Shown piece after piece: positions 49,508 to 59,541 of a DNA stretch of 64,000 bases. Under the pieces are notes generated by a model that was not told the DNA's origin, ran no database searches, and worked only from the letters and a program-made list of their open reading frames with translations. The stretch comes from a bacterium (GTDB taxonomy: Bacteria > Zixibacteria > MSB-5A5 > GN15 > FEB-12): assembly GCA_043811375.1 (NCBI GenBank), contig JBDRNJ010000024.1, positions 1 to 64,000 of the forward strand. The letters are read 5' to 3'. The number at the start of each line of letters is the position of its first letter. The stretch's first letter is position 1. The translations under genes and the position numbers were made by a program.

Positions 49508-51696
49508 CGGATAATAACGACCTTCACCCTGTCTTCAACCAGCAGTTCACGCTGCCGGGATGAAGCATACACCCGCCCCATCGCAATGTACACGCCAGAC
49601 GCTACTTCCCGCTCGTGTTCGTTTTTCATGTCCCAGGAAGTTGTGAATTCAATTATCTTGCCGCAATGGATGGGCGTGCCCGATTCCATTCGTCGCACGA
49701 ACTCCCCAGCCAGGTTAAAAACATCGACCGTATAACTGGGCTTGGTGTAGACCAGGTTACTGTAAACGTCCGTTGGAATCTGGAACTTGAATTTCAGCGG
49801 GGTCTGCCCCATTTCACCTACCACCGCCGGATTGGGGTACGGCGCCAGCACCGCCGCCGGTATGTTCACTAATTCCGGATCAATAATGATGGGCGTATCC
49901 AGCCGGGTGGAATCCAGCAGTCCATCGATGTAATATCCCAGTCTGAAGTCATAGTATCTTGAATCGTAGGCCGGGTAGTAATACGAGGCAGTAGACATAA
50001 TCATGGTTACCGATCGATACTGGTTGGGATGAAGAATGCGTACCAGTGAACTCTGATACGTGGAATCGATGTAGGGCATAAATGTCTGATCTACTGCGAA
50101 GGAATCCGGCCACTGGTCGAATTGATAAACCAGACTGAGTCCCCACGGCTGGGGCGGGTTGGAATCGGCTGGCGTGAGGGGGCCACGACCAATCGACACC
50201 CACATGTCCAGCACGGAATCAACGTGCATAATGTCATAGCCGGGCAACGTATCCGTCACCTGGGTTGAATCCAGACAGGTATCGTTCGACCAATTATCAC
50301 AAATCCAGAAAGTGGTATCTTCACGAATCGCCCGCAGGTTGTTCAGGCGCAGGTAAGCCGCCGAGTTATGCTCCGGCTTATACGGATTCTCATTGCCCGG
50401 CACATACGCCGGGTAGTTGGTCACGTTCACAATGGCGTGGCTGGTGTCGATGATGCTGGTGCCGATAGAGCGGAAGATCGAATCACGAAGAATCGGGTAG
50501 TAGAGGCCTTCGGAGTAACCGACACCCTCGGGAGAACAACAGACTCTCTGGCCGATAAAGAAATTCCAGAGAGCAAATTCACGAAAGGCCATGGCAAAAC
50601 CGCGATAGTCTGGATAACCTTCGATGGAATCAATGGCCAGTTCCGTGGCTGCCAGGAAATGCGGCCCGCCCCCCATATCGCCGCAACGCAGCCAAATGTC
50701 CTTGATGATCTCGGGGCCGTACTTTTCCGACAGGTAAATCGGAAATACCACTGACCCGTATGGGTGGTAGTCCAGGGCATCAGAAAGGTGCCGCTGGATC
50801 GACACCCGCGGATATTCAAAGAAGTAGGGTAAATAGATATAGTAATCATTGATCCCGTCGTAAACCTGCTCCTCCATCCATACGGCCGACATCTCCATCC
50901 AGTAACGACGCAGGTATTCTACGTTGTTGGCCGTGTCCAGTTCCGACTCAGTGAAGTCGATACCGAACTGCACCGCATGAAAAAACTCATGGGCGGCGGT
51001 TACCCGCACGGCGTCCAGCGGTCGGCTCTTGTAAGCAGCGATTCCTTGATAGTCGTTCTCCAACTCCATAAAAGAGGTGACCCGAATCGACATTGGATCA
51101 CCGTCAGCGTACTCATCAGGATAGGTTTGCCCCATGTAACCCGGAAACAGGTTGCTGAAATAGACATCGTATCTCTCGTCGCCACCCGACGGATAAAAGG
51201 AATCAACCGGAGGTGGGTCATAACCCAGCGTTTTGATAACATGATCGTAAACGTTGTCCAGGATTTTCGCCGATTCTTCGATGTAATTGGGCACCCCGTC
51301 GCCGTCGCTGTCTTCACCGGGACGGTAAACAGCGTGGCTACCTGTTGTCGTGTAGTGCAATTTGAACAACCCGGCGGGGCTGTTGTAAATTCGTTCGCCA
51401 GGATAAGTCGGCCTGTCGACAGCCTGCACCCCCAGGGCTTTCATAAGCTCGGGATCAAGCCGGTCGCGGAATACGAAAAAATCAGCCAGCGCCGACATAC
51501 CGCACTTAACGGGTGGCCTCTCAGCCGGGTCCTCGTCGGCAGTCGCGAACGATTCCACCGGCGGCGCCATCTGACCGGTGACATACCCATAATTCTCGAT
51601 AATCTCAATCTGTCTCTCCCTCGACAGGCTGTCGGCCTGAACCAGCGAAAAGACACTGACGACAATCACCGGCAACAACGACACAAACTTATTCAA
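49504..51696 (-). CDS. Secreted zinc metalloprotease (MXAN_6640-like) with C-terminal sorting domain
   Basis: Signal peptide, KCG, DSDGDGVPNY, AHEFFHAVQF, WMEMSAVWMEE, PYPNP..ASGVY. Confidence 0.82.
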   Translation of the reverse strand: MNKFVSLLPVIVVSVFSLVQADSLSRERQIEIIENYGYVTGQMAPPVESFATADEDPAERPPVKCGMSALADFFVFRDRLDPELMKALGVQAVDRPTYPGERIYNSPAGLFKLHYTTTGSHAVYRPGEDSDGDGVPNYIEESAKILDNVYDHVIKTLGYDPPPVDSFYPSGGDERYDVYFSNLFPGYMGQTYPDEYADGDPMSIRVTSFMELENDYQGIAAYKSRPLDAVRVTAAHEFFHAVQFGIDFTESELDTANNVEYLRRYWMEMSAVWMEEQVYDGINDYYIYLPYFFEYPRVSIQRHLSDALDYHPYGSVVFPIYLSEKYGPEIIKDIWLRCGDMGGGPHFLAATELAIDSIEGYPDYRGFAMAFREFALWNFFIGQRVCCSPEGVGYSEGLYYPILRDSIFRSIGTSIIDTSHAIVNVTNYPAYVPGNENPYKPEHNSAAYLRLNNLRAIREDTTFWICDNWSNDTCLDSTQVTDTLPGYDIMHVDSVLDMWVSIGRGPLTPADSNPPQPWGLSLVYQFDQWPDSFAVDQTFMPYIDSTYQSSLVRILHPNQYRSVTMIMSTASYYYPAYDSRYYDFRLGYYIDGLLDSTRLDTPIIIDPELVNIPAAVLAPYPNPAVVGEMGQTPLKFKFQIPTDVYSNLVYTKPSYTVDVFNLAGEFVRRMESGTPIHCGKIIEFTTSWDMKNEHEREVASGVYIAMGRVYASSRQRELLVEDRVKVVIIR

Positions 51697-52528
51697 TGTT
51701 CTCCCTTCTCCGGGCTGCTTTCTCTTTCAGTCCTTCCAACAGATCAGCCGGCACGTTCTGTGAACCGATCGTGCAATAATGGCTCGGTCGGCCGTGGAAA
51801 TCCGACCCGCCGGAGGTTACCAGACGATACCGCAGAGCTACGTGCTGCAGGTGTTCCCGGTCTGCCGGAGTGTGGTACGGGTGATATAATTCGATGCCAT
51901 CCAGCCCGAGATCGACCAACTTTTCCAGGTGACGCCAGGCATTGTCAACGATCGGGTGGGCCAGCACAGCGATACCACCCGCCGCATGCACGGTCGAAAG
52001 CGCTTCCCGTGGAGAGAAGTTGTCCTTGGCCACGTATGCCGGGCCATCGTTGCGAAGGTACTTGTCGAAAGCCTCCTGATATGTTTGCACCGCCCGCCCG
52101 CTAACCATGACGTCGGCGACATGGGGTCGTCCCACGGCCGCCGCACCGGCAGCTTCCTTAACATCCGGAAACGAGATATCGATATTCATAGCCTTCAGCT
52201 TTTCAACCATCCGGAGGGCACGTTGGTTCCGTCGTTCACGGAATTCCCTAAGGGCATCGGTCAGGTTCTGGTCCTCCGGGTCAAACAGGTATGCCAGCAG
52301 GTGCACATCGCCCCCGTCCATGGTTACCGACAGCTCCACCCCGGGAATCAACTCCGGACTGTTTTCATCGACCAGTTCCGACACCGCCCGGTAACCTCCC
52401 AGGCTGTCATGATCCGTAACTGAGATCGCGCTCAATTTCTGTTCTCGTGCCGCCTGGATCAACTGCTCTGCCGTATACCTGCCGTCCGAGAAGCAGGTAT
52501 GCAAATGCAGATCAATCCAGGCACTCAT
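51689..52528 (-). CDS. PHP domain protein (TrpH/YciV-like phosphoesterase)
   Basis: DLHLHTCFSDG, TDHD, GRPH, LAHP, GGSDFHG. Confidence 0.92.
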   Translation of the reverse strand: MSAWIDLHLHTCFSDGRYTAEQLIQAAREQKLSAISVTDHDSLGGYRAVSELVDENSPELIPGVELSVTMDGGDVHLLAYLFDPEDQNLTDALREFRERRNQRALRMVEKLKAMNIDISFPDVKEAAGAAAVGRPHVADVMVSGRAVQTYQEAFDKYLRNDGPAYVAKDNFSPREALSTVHAAGGIAVLAHPIVDNAWRHLEKLVDLGLDGIELYHPYHTPADREHLQHVALRYRLVTSGGSDFHGRPSHYCTIGSQNVPADLLEGLKEKAARRRENIE

Positions 52529-54052
52529 TCACAGGCTGCTTTCCACGCGCTCTCGAATAATCGTGGCTGTAGTTTGCGCTTCCTCAGCTACCGCCTCAGC
52601 TTCCTGGCGGGTGGCCGACACAAAGTTGCCGTCGGTCAATGAAGTCAGATTTATACGTACGTTATACCAGGCTCCTTCAACGGCCGCCAATCCCATCAGT
52701 CCGGCCACTCCGGCATCGGATATCGAGTTTTCGTTGCCTTTTTCAGCCACTATCCGAGCCAGTTTCAACACGTCCAGTGATTTTTTCATCACCGTCAGCG
52801 GCACCCGCGCGGCCTCCTGAGTGGCTTTCTCAACGGCCGCATCGCGAGCCGCTACCTCTTCGTCGGTGTTCCGGGGGAGCTTGAACGCCGCCATGACGTC
52901 GTCGAAAGCTTCCTTGTCGGTCTCGATTAACTGTGTCAACTCTGTGCGTAGTTTGTCCGCCCGGTCACGAATGTCGGATAATTCTTCTTTAACGGCCGCG
53001 TACTGCTTCTTGCCCACCGTGAGACGACAGACCATGGCCGACAGAGCCGCAGCCAGAACTCCGGCTGAAGCTGCCACCGAACCGCCCCCGGGAGCCGGTG
53101 ACGACGAGGCCACCTGGTCGTAAAACGTCTCACCCTGTGCGGCGGCACCACCGGCCGACTGTAGTTTTTCCTCCAGCACCTGTTCTTTGGAGAAGTTCTC
53201 CAACCTCAGGTAGAAATCAGAAACCGCCAGCATCGCATCATTAGGCACCAGTCCCACCATCTCGGAAGAAGTAACGTTCACCCCGTAGCGGGCAGCCTCC
53301 GACTTGATCGTCTCAAAAACCCGGAAGACCGGCGTCTTGGTGTAGTCGACCAGGTTCATCGATATCTGCACCTGGTCGCGTTCCTTGATCTCAAAACCCA
53401 GTGCTTTGACAAAGCGATAGCCGCCGCGCAGACTGCGCACGGCGTCGGCAATTTTGTCGGCTATCCATTTCTTGTTGGTGTCGAGATAAACATTAAAAGC
53501 CACCAGCGGAAAACGGACGCCGATAGCCGTAGCGCCGGATTTGAGATTCATCCTGGCCGGACCGTAATCCGGCTTCCGCGACGGGTCGGATTCAATACTG
53601 TCGCGCATCCCTTCGTATTCGCCGGTACGCACTTTCGCCAGGTTTTTACGATTGGGAGTCGTGGCGGCATTTTCATACAGATATACCGGAATCTGCAGTT
53701 CATCCCCGACTTTCCGGCCCAACCGATTGGCCAGTTCCACCCCTTCCTCAATAGTCATATCCGACAGCGGGATAAAGGGGCAAACGTCACAGGCACCCAT
53801 TCTGGGATGCTCCCCCTGATGAGTGGTCATATCAATAAGTTCGGCCGCTTTCTTATAACCCGCAAAAGCAGCCTCGACCGCCAGTTTGGGATGACAGACA
53901 AATGTCACTACGGCCCGGTTGTGATCGGGATCCATCTCCTTGTCCAGCAGAACCACTCCCTCCTGGGAGGTAATGGCCTCACAGATGGCATCAATCACTT
54001 CCGGGCGACGACCTTCGGAATAATTGGGCACACATTCGATCAGCTTCGCCAT
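52529..54052 (-). CDS. ftcd: Bifunctional glutamate formimidoyltransferase / formiminotetrahydrofolate cyclodeaminase
   Basis: ECVPNYSEGR, DHNR, HPRMGACDVCPF; C-terminal APGGGSVAA..SISDAG..NVRINL. Confidence 0.93.
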   Translation of the reverse strand: MAKLIECVPNYSEGRRPEVIDAICEAITSQEGVVLLDKEMDPDHNRAVVTFVCHPKLAVEAAFAGYKKAAELIDMTTHQGEHPRMGACDVCPFIPLSDMTIEEGVELANRLGRKVGDELQIPVYLYENAATTPNRKNLAKVRTGEYEGMRDSIESDPSRKPDYGPARMNLKSGATAIGVRFPLVAFNVYLDTNKKWIADKIADAVRSLRGGYRFVKALGFEIKERDQVQISMNLVDYTKTPVFRVFETIKSEAARYGVNVTSSEMVGLVPNDAMLAVSDFYLRLENFSKEQVLEEKLQSAGGAAAQGETFYDQVASSSPAPGGGSVAASAGVLAAALSAMVCRLTVGKKQYAAVKEELSDIRDRADKLRTELTQLIETDKEAFDDVMAAFKLPRNTDEEVAARDAAVEKATQEAARVPLTVMKKSLDVLKLARIVAEKGNENSISDAGVAGLMGLAAVEGAWYNVRINLTSLTDGNFVSATRQEAEAVAEEAQTTATIIRERVESSL

Positions 54053-54071
54053 AGCAAACTCCGTAACTACT

Positions 54072-55037
54072 TTACTTCCGGGATCCGAATTTACGCCTGA
54101 GTCCCCAGGCCAGCAGGGGAATCATAATCTCGTGGTGACCGACGAAATTGAAACCGCGACCAGTATCCAGGGTCGGGCGTCTGACCACGTTTTCAGCAGG
54201 ACGATAATGAGTAATCATATCAAAATTCGCCGTTACCAACCGACTGCGACCCTGATTGACATTCCGGGCCACCGTCAGCGCTTTCAAAAACACTTCCGGC
54301 AATATAACGGCTGAACCGATATTTGCAACTACCCCGCCGCGATCAATAGCCCGGCACAGCGTACACAGCAGACGGAAATCGCGGTGGGACGCTGCCGCCG
54401 CCAGGGCGGCGTCGTATTCGGGATGCTGACAGACGATATCGGTACCGATGCCTAAATGCACCGTCACCGGCAGGTTAAGCCGTTGCGCCTGACCAAACAG
54501 GGAGAACTGTCGATGTTTCGCTTTCTCACCGTTGATCAGCCATCCGGCGGCCTCCCCCAGACCGATGTCGTCACGCGCCGCCGAGGTGCAGGCCGCGGCA
54601 AAAAGCTCGGCCGTGTCGCGCACCATACCAAACGAGCCGTCGGCCAGACCAGCCGCAACATCTTCCGAGGTACCTCCAAAAAAGGCGAGTTCCAGATCGT
54701 GAATGAGCCCCGCACCGTGCATGGAGAGCCCGGTCACCAGGCCGCGCTGCATCAGATCGATTATCACCGGCGACAGCCCCACCTTAATAACGTGCGCTCC
54801 CAACAGCCAGTGAAACGGCGCTCGGCGCCGACGGGCTTTGACAACCAGGGTGATAAACTCGTTCAGGTCGACCGCTTTCAGGAAATTCGGCAACGACTCA
54901 AAAAAATCGGCGCCCGTCATTCTTTTCATGGGCCGACCCAGGCCCGGCACCTGCGTCCGATTGGATCGTTGGGCATAACGGTAACGCTTGACCGACGTCA
55001 GGTCAATCGGCAGCAGCTTAGAGGGTTTTCGGGGCAC
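54072..55037 (-). CDS. Conserved hypothetical protein, deoxyhypusine-synthase-like fold (GSU2086-like)
   Basis: GAHVIKVG, IHDLE, TSEDV, IGTDI, GSAVILPEVFLKA, GHHE. Confidence 0.75.
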   Translation of the reverse strand: MPRKPSKLLPIDLTSVKRYRYAQRSNRTQVPGLGRPMKRMTGADFFESLPNFLKAVDLNEFITLVVKARRRRAPFHWLLGAHVIKVGLSPVIIDLMQRGLVTGLSMHGAGLIHDLELAFFGGTSEDVAAGLADGSFGMVRDTAELFAAACTSAARDDIGLGEAAGWLINGEKAKHRQFSLFGQAQRLNLPVTVHLGIGTDIVCQHPEYDAALAAAASHRDFRLLCTLCRAIDRGGVVANIGSAVILPEVFLKALTVARNVNQGRSRLVTANFDMITHYRPAENVVRRPTLDTGRGFNFVGHHEIMIPLLAWGLRRKFGSRK

Positions 55038-55039
55038 GA

Positions 55040-55879
55040 TCAGAAATCCTCGATCTTGCCTAAACGATAATCGGTCAACTCGGCCGTGATCGAACCCACC
55101 AGCACTTTGGACTTCATCAGGACGGGCATTTTCAGACGATCGTCGGTCAACCAGACTCTCAGCCGGCCCTGATGCTTGAAAACACCCACCGATTTCAGCA
55201 ACGGTTCCACCACCACACAATCAAATGTCCCGGCCTCCACCGTTACCGTCTCCCGTTTGAGAACCTTCACCTCAAGCGGATAATGCTTGCCGTCCGTGAA
55301 GTTGTCAACTGCCAGCGCCTGGCCCGGCTTTAGTTCCTGGGTTCGTACATAGTACAACACTGACAGCGGATCCTGCACAAAGGGAGGTACCGACAGTGTG
55401 TCGTCGATGTAAAACGCCAGGTGATTGCGCTGATCGAAACAGTACCGTCTATCGGCCCGATAGCTGCCCTCCCGAAGGTTCTTCTCAAAACGCCAACTGA
55501 ACAACCCCACCGCGTCAATAATTGATTCCACTCGGTCATCAACGTTGTAGAAGGTGGAGAAGAATTTGTTGGAGTTGGCCCGTGAGACAATCTGGTGGCA
55601 GGGACGCTGCTCATACTCAACCAGTCGTACCACCTCCATGGTGGCCACCCCGGCATTGATAAAGCCGTAGTTGATATCGAACGTAAACTTCTCATTGGCC
55701 CCAAACGCCACATTCTCAACGTAGCGGTCGAAGGTATTGACTTCTTCGGTAATCTCGGAAGAGTCCTGAGACGCCTCGGCGATACCCACCTCCACCGTTA
55801 CGAAGTAGCCCAGGGGAAAAACACCGGCCACTACCAGCAGGATCAGCACGACTGTCTGCAACAGGGATCTACGCGGCAT
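55040..55879 (-). CDS. DUF3108 domain protein
   Basis: N-terminal TM/signal; DPLSVLYYVR, VEAGTFDC, VWLTDD..PV. Confidence 0.85.
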   Translation of the reverse strand: MPRRSLLQTVVLILLVVAGVFPLGYFVTVEVGIAEASQDSSEITEEVNTFDRYVENVAFGANEKFTFDINYGFINAGVATMEVVRLVEYEQRPCHQIVSRANSNKFFSTFYNVDDRVESIIDAVGLFSWRFEKNLREGSYRADRRYCFDQRNHLAFYIDDTLSVPPFVQDPLSVLYYVRTQELKPGQALAVDNFTDGKHYPLEVKVLKRETVTVEAGTFDCVVVEPLLKSVGVFKHQGRLRVWLTDDRLKMPVLMKSKVLVGSITAELTDYRLGKIEDF

Positions 55880-56363
55880 TGGTCTTCTCGTCTATCTTGT
55901 CGATAATCAACGGCAAGTGTTTACCCAGATACTCGCCTATTTCCAGAAACGCCGTGTTATACATCTCCAGTGGCTGCCCGATCGGGTCGTCGACACCTTC
56001 GCCGTTGCTGCCCGGCCGGGGAAAATTCTTGAATAAAAAGGTCCGATCAACTGCATCGCGCTTCAGCTTTAGAACTTCGTCCACGTGCCGCGGCGCCAGA
56101 CCAAGGATGAGATCGCAGCGATCGATCAACGCCACCGTCAGCGGCTGCGACTGGTGATAAGAGATGTCCACATCCCAGATACGGGCTGCCTCAATAGCAT
56201 ACATGGTGGCCGGATAACCGGTCGCAGCTCCCGTTCCCGATGACAGCACCTCAAACCTGCCCGGACGTTCCTTCGCCAGCAGCATCCGTAGCGCTCCCTC
56301 GGCCATAGGTGAACGACAGGTATTGCCGGTGCAGACAAACATGATGACATAGGGTTCACTCAT
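55869..56363 (-). CDS. Low-molecular-weight protein phosphatase, YwlE-like arginine phosphatase
   Basis: CTGNTCRS P-loop, DPIG. Confidence 0.9.
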   Translation of the reverse strand: MSEPYVIMFVCTGNTCRSPMAEGALRMLLAKERPGRFEVLSSGTGAATGYPATMYAIEAARIWDVDISYHQSQPLTVALIDRCDLILGLAPRHVDEVLKLKRDAVDRTFLFKNFPRPGSNGEGVDDPIGQPLEMYNTAFLEIGEYLGKHLPLIIDKIDEKTNAA

Positions 56364-57001
56364 GCCGGCCGCTCCTGCCAAGCCGCCATAATCTCATCGG
56401 AACCAATCGCACCCGGGCGCAGAATCCGAGGGCTGCCGCTACTGCAGTCGACAACCGTCGACGCCAAACCATCGAGCACCCCACCATCGAGAAACATATC
56501 AACGCCGCCGGTCAGGCCGCTTCTGATCCGGTCGATGGTTGTCAGGGCAGGTGAACCGGAACAGTTGGCCGATGTTGCCGTCAGGGGAAAATTCGTTCGA
56601 GCCATAATCTGTCTGACCACCGGCGCCGAGGATATCCGAATCCCCACCCGACCACTCGCGGCCAGCGGGCTGATCCAGTCCGGCTGCCGATTCAATACCA
56701 GTGTCAGCGGACCGGGCAGGAACCGGGCGGCCAATACTTGAGCCGGAGGATTCACTTCGGCATATTCGGCAGCCATCCCGAGACTGTCGACAAAGATTGC
56801 CATCGGTTGTTCCACCGGACGTCCCTTGACTCGATATACCCTGGTCACCACCTCCGGCCGGTCGGCCCGCCCCAGCAGGCCGTATTGTGTTTCGGTCGGC
56901 GCCACCACCAGGGCGCCGACACCCAGCAAATCAACCGCACGACCGATCACCGCCGACGACGGCTGACGATAATCAACCACAACGACCTTGACGTCAATCA
57001 T
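56360..57001 (-). CDS. tsaC: Threonylcarbamoyl-AMP synthase (YrdC domain)
   Basis: PTETQYGL, KGR, PGPLT, TSAN, STVVD. Confidence 0.92.
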   Translation of the reverse strand: MIDVKVVVVDYRQPSSAVIGRAVDLLGVGALVVAPTETQYGLLGRADRPEVVTRVYRVKGRPVEQPMAIFVDSLGMAAEYAEVNPPAQVLAARFLPGPLTLVLNRQPDWISPLAASGRVGIRISSAPVVRQIMARTNFPLTATSANCSGSPALTTIDRIRSGLTGGVDMFLDGGVLDGLASTVVDCSSGSPRILRPGAIGSDEIMAAWQERPA

Positions 57002-57617
57002 GGTAGTCAAAGCCATCCTCATATTCCAGGCTGTCCTCAATCACCGGCCAGGTACTGTCGGAGTAAAGCAGTGGTGCCTGCGGCACTCCCACATTAACCA
57101 TAACCACCCAGGCCTCGGGATAACCGGCCGCCCGGACCCGCTGCTGGTAGTCCTCGGCCTCATCCCGGCTGGAGAAGCTGCCCACCCGCACTTTATAGTA
57201 CGGTACCTCATAATCAAGGAACACGGGACGATCAAAAATCTCGCCGGCTACCCGCATCGTGTGACGCGCCTCACCATAGAGCTTGCTGGTGAACAACTGT
57301 ATCCGGTAGGCCTGATGATTCAACGTGTCGATTGTTTCCGGCAGGTTAACGAACTGAACGGATGCCGACCTCTCGCTGTACGAATCCGGCGATAACGCCG
57401 CCTCACTGCCATGAATGGCGTCGGGCCGGGGATACTTTTGGGGTACCACCTCCACATCGCGGTGCAGGTCCAGGGGATCAAAACCGGTCTTGTCGGAATC
57501 GGCGGTTTCGTTACCTGATTGCTTGCCACCGGAATGAGGCGGTCGGATACATCCGTTGGACCAGGCCAGGCCGACTCCGATCAAAACGATACTAAAGATA
57601 CTGACGTGTCTTTTCAT
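56994..57617 (-). CDS. SPOR-domain lipoprotein
   Basis: Signal peptide with Cys; YRIQLF..YYKVRVG..GYPEAWVV. Confidence 0.85.
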   Translation of the reverse strand: MKRHVSIFSIVLIGVGLAWSNGCIRPPHSGGKQSGNETADSDKTGFDPLDLHRDVEVVPQKYPRPDAIHGSEAALSPDSYSERSASVQFVNLPETIDTLNHQAYRIQLFTSKLYGEARHTMRVAGEIFDRPVFLDYEVPYYKVRVGSFSSRDEAEDYQQRVRAAGYPEAWVVMVNVGVPQAPLLYSDSTWPVIEDSLEYEDGFDYHD

Positions 57618-58671
57618 CTTCTCCAAGCCGGGCCAGGATCTTCTTTATCTCCGAGGCCTTGGTGCGATGAGTCACCAGTGTGATATTGTCGGTTTTGACG
57701 ATAACCAGATCCGAAACGCCCAGAGTCGTAACGATCCCGTCGCTGTTATTATAAATGGTGCTCTCATATGTCTCCACCGCCACCGCCTCCCCGATGATGA
57801 CGTTGTTGTCTCTATCCATTTCCTTATACCGCTCCAGCGCCCGCCAGCCCCCGATATCATCCCAAATAATGTCGCCCTTGATGGTCAGCACGTTATCGGC
57901 ATTCTCTAAAACAGCAAAGTCAACTGAGATCGAAACCAATCTCTGATACAATTCCTGTCGTGCCTGCTGTTCACGATCGGTGCCGATTTCGTCAGAGTAG
58001 GCCGTGAGCAACCGGCTCATTTCCGGCTGACAATCAGCAATGGCTTTCAGGATCGATTGGGCGGACCAGACAAACATGCCGCTGTTCCAGAGATATTTGT
58101 TGCTGTAATAGTATTCATGGGCCACTTCCACCCGCGGCTTTTCGGTGAAGCCGGAGACAGCGTACACCACACACCCGCCCTCGTGCCTATACATGTCCCC
58201 CAGCTTGATGTACCCGTAATTGGTTTCCGGACGGGTGGGAGTTATGCCGATAGTAATCAGGCAGTCCTCGCTGGCGGCAATGGCGGTTCCGGCTTTCAGA
58301 ATCTCCAGCAGCTTCTGAGCCGGACGTATCAGGTGATCGGCCGACAAAACTACCATCATCGCCTGAGGATCTTCCCTGAGCAAATGGACAGCCGTCACTC
58401 CGATAGCGGCACAGGTGTTGCGACCCTGTGGCTCACACAGGATGTTGCTTTCATTAACCGAATCCATGGAATCGAGGATAAACCGATGCAACCCTTCACC
58501 GGTAACGATGCGAATATTCTCGGTCGGTATCAGCGGCAGCACCCGGTCAATAGTTTCTTCCAGCATGGTCTTATCGGATGTGAGTTTCAGAAACTGCTTG
58601 GGACGATCAACTCGCGACAACGGCCAGAACCGTTCACCTCTGCCACCTGCCAAAATGACTCCGTAGACCAC
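57592..58671 (-). CDS. manC: Mannose-1-phosphate guanylyltransferase
   Basis: ILAGGRGERFWPLSR..PKQ, EPQGRNT, ADH, WNSGMF, WDDIG. Confidence 0.93.
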   Translation of the reverse strand: MVYGVILAGGRGERFWPLSRVDRPKQFLKLTSDKTMLEETIDRVLPLIPTENIRIVTGEGLHRFILDSMDSVNESNILCEPQGRNTCAAIGVTAVHLLREDPQAMMVVLSADHLIRPAQKLLEILKAGTAIAASEDCLITIGITPTRPETNYGYIKLGDMYRHEGGCVVYAVSGFTEKPRVEVAHEYYYSNKYLWNSGMFVWSAQSILKAIADCQPEMSRLLTAYSDEIGTDREQQARQELYQRLVSISVDFAVLENADNVLTIKGDIIWDDIGGWRALERYKEMDRDNNVIIGEAVAVETYESTIYNNSDGIVTTLGVSDLVIVKTDNITLVTHRTKASEIKKILARLGEDEKTRQYL

Positions 58672-58706
58672 CTGTTATCCTTTCACCTTATCTCTCTAAT
58701 TACTTG

Positions 58707-58734
58707 ATTATAACGGAGTAATACTGTCAGTCAA
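58707..58734 (-). promoter_or_regulatory. Sigma70-type promoter for the manC-led operon
   Basis: TTGACT-16 bp-TATAAT. Confidence 0.7.
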
Positions 58735-58814
58735 CATAAAGTTGAACGGGCGGGGCGGTTACAGCCGGTCCGGCGGGAATCACCAACCGCGCTCAAAGCA
58801 CCACCACCGGGAAT

Positions 58815-59540
58815 TCAACGACGAATGCGAAAAAACAGGAATACCCACGGTCGCAGTATCGACCACCAGCCAACCAGCGGCACGATCTTGGTGTAGTTTT
58901 TCTTCTCTTCGGGATAAGCCATTGTGACCGGAACTTCCACCATTCGGAAGTCGTTGCGGGCTACCTTGTAATGAATATAATACTCCAACTCGTAGCGATC
59001 AAGCCACTCCTGGTCGAGATTTATGTCAGGGTGATCAAGAATATCAAGTCGGTAGGCTCTAAAACCGCAGGTGACATCGGTACCTTTATATCTCAGCAGT
59101 ATATTGGTAACCAATGTAAACAGTCTGATAGCCAGATTGCGAAATAGCGGCAGGTTCGGACTCTGACCGCCCTCCAGGTATCTCGAACCCTGAACATAGT
59201 CGGCCTTATCCTCAAGGATCGGCGCCACTAAACGGGGAATCTCGCCGGGTATCATTTTGCCGTTACCGGCCATCACAACAATAGCCTTCAAGCCCTGTCG
59301 GCGACCGTAGTCGATAGCCTTTCTGATGGAAGTTCCCACGCCACAGTTCTGTTCATTCCGAATGACATGATGCCCTGCCGCCACAAGCCAGTCAGCGGAC
59401 TGATCGGTGGAACCGTCATCGACGAAAATCAGCCGGTACTCGGTGGGGGCCGGAAATAATCGCACCAGCCGCCGCAGTTTCTCACCCTCGTTGTAAGTGA
59501 TGACCGCCACCAGTATATCGCGCAGCGACCGTCCGTCCAT
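58815..59540 (-). CDS. Glycosyltransferase family 2 (polyprenol-phosphate glycosyltransferase-like)
   Basis: YNE, VDDGSTD, GSRY, DVTCGFRAY; usual DAD motif appears as AGN. Confidence 0.88.
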   Translation of the reverse strand: MDGRSLRDILVAVITYNEGEKLRRLVRLFPAPTEYRLIFVDDGSTDQSADWLVAAGHHVIRNEQNCGVGTSIRKAIDYGRRQGLKAIVVMAGNGKMIPGEIPRLVAPILEDKADYVQGSRYLEGGQSPNLPLFRNLAIRLFTLVTNILLRYKGTDVTCGFRAYRLDILDHPDINLDQEWLDRYELEYYIHYKVARNDFRMVEVPVTMAYPEEKKNYTKIVPLVGWWSILRPWVFLFFRIRR

Positions 59541-59541
59541 G

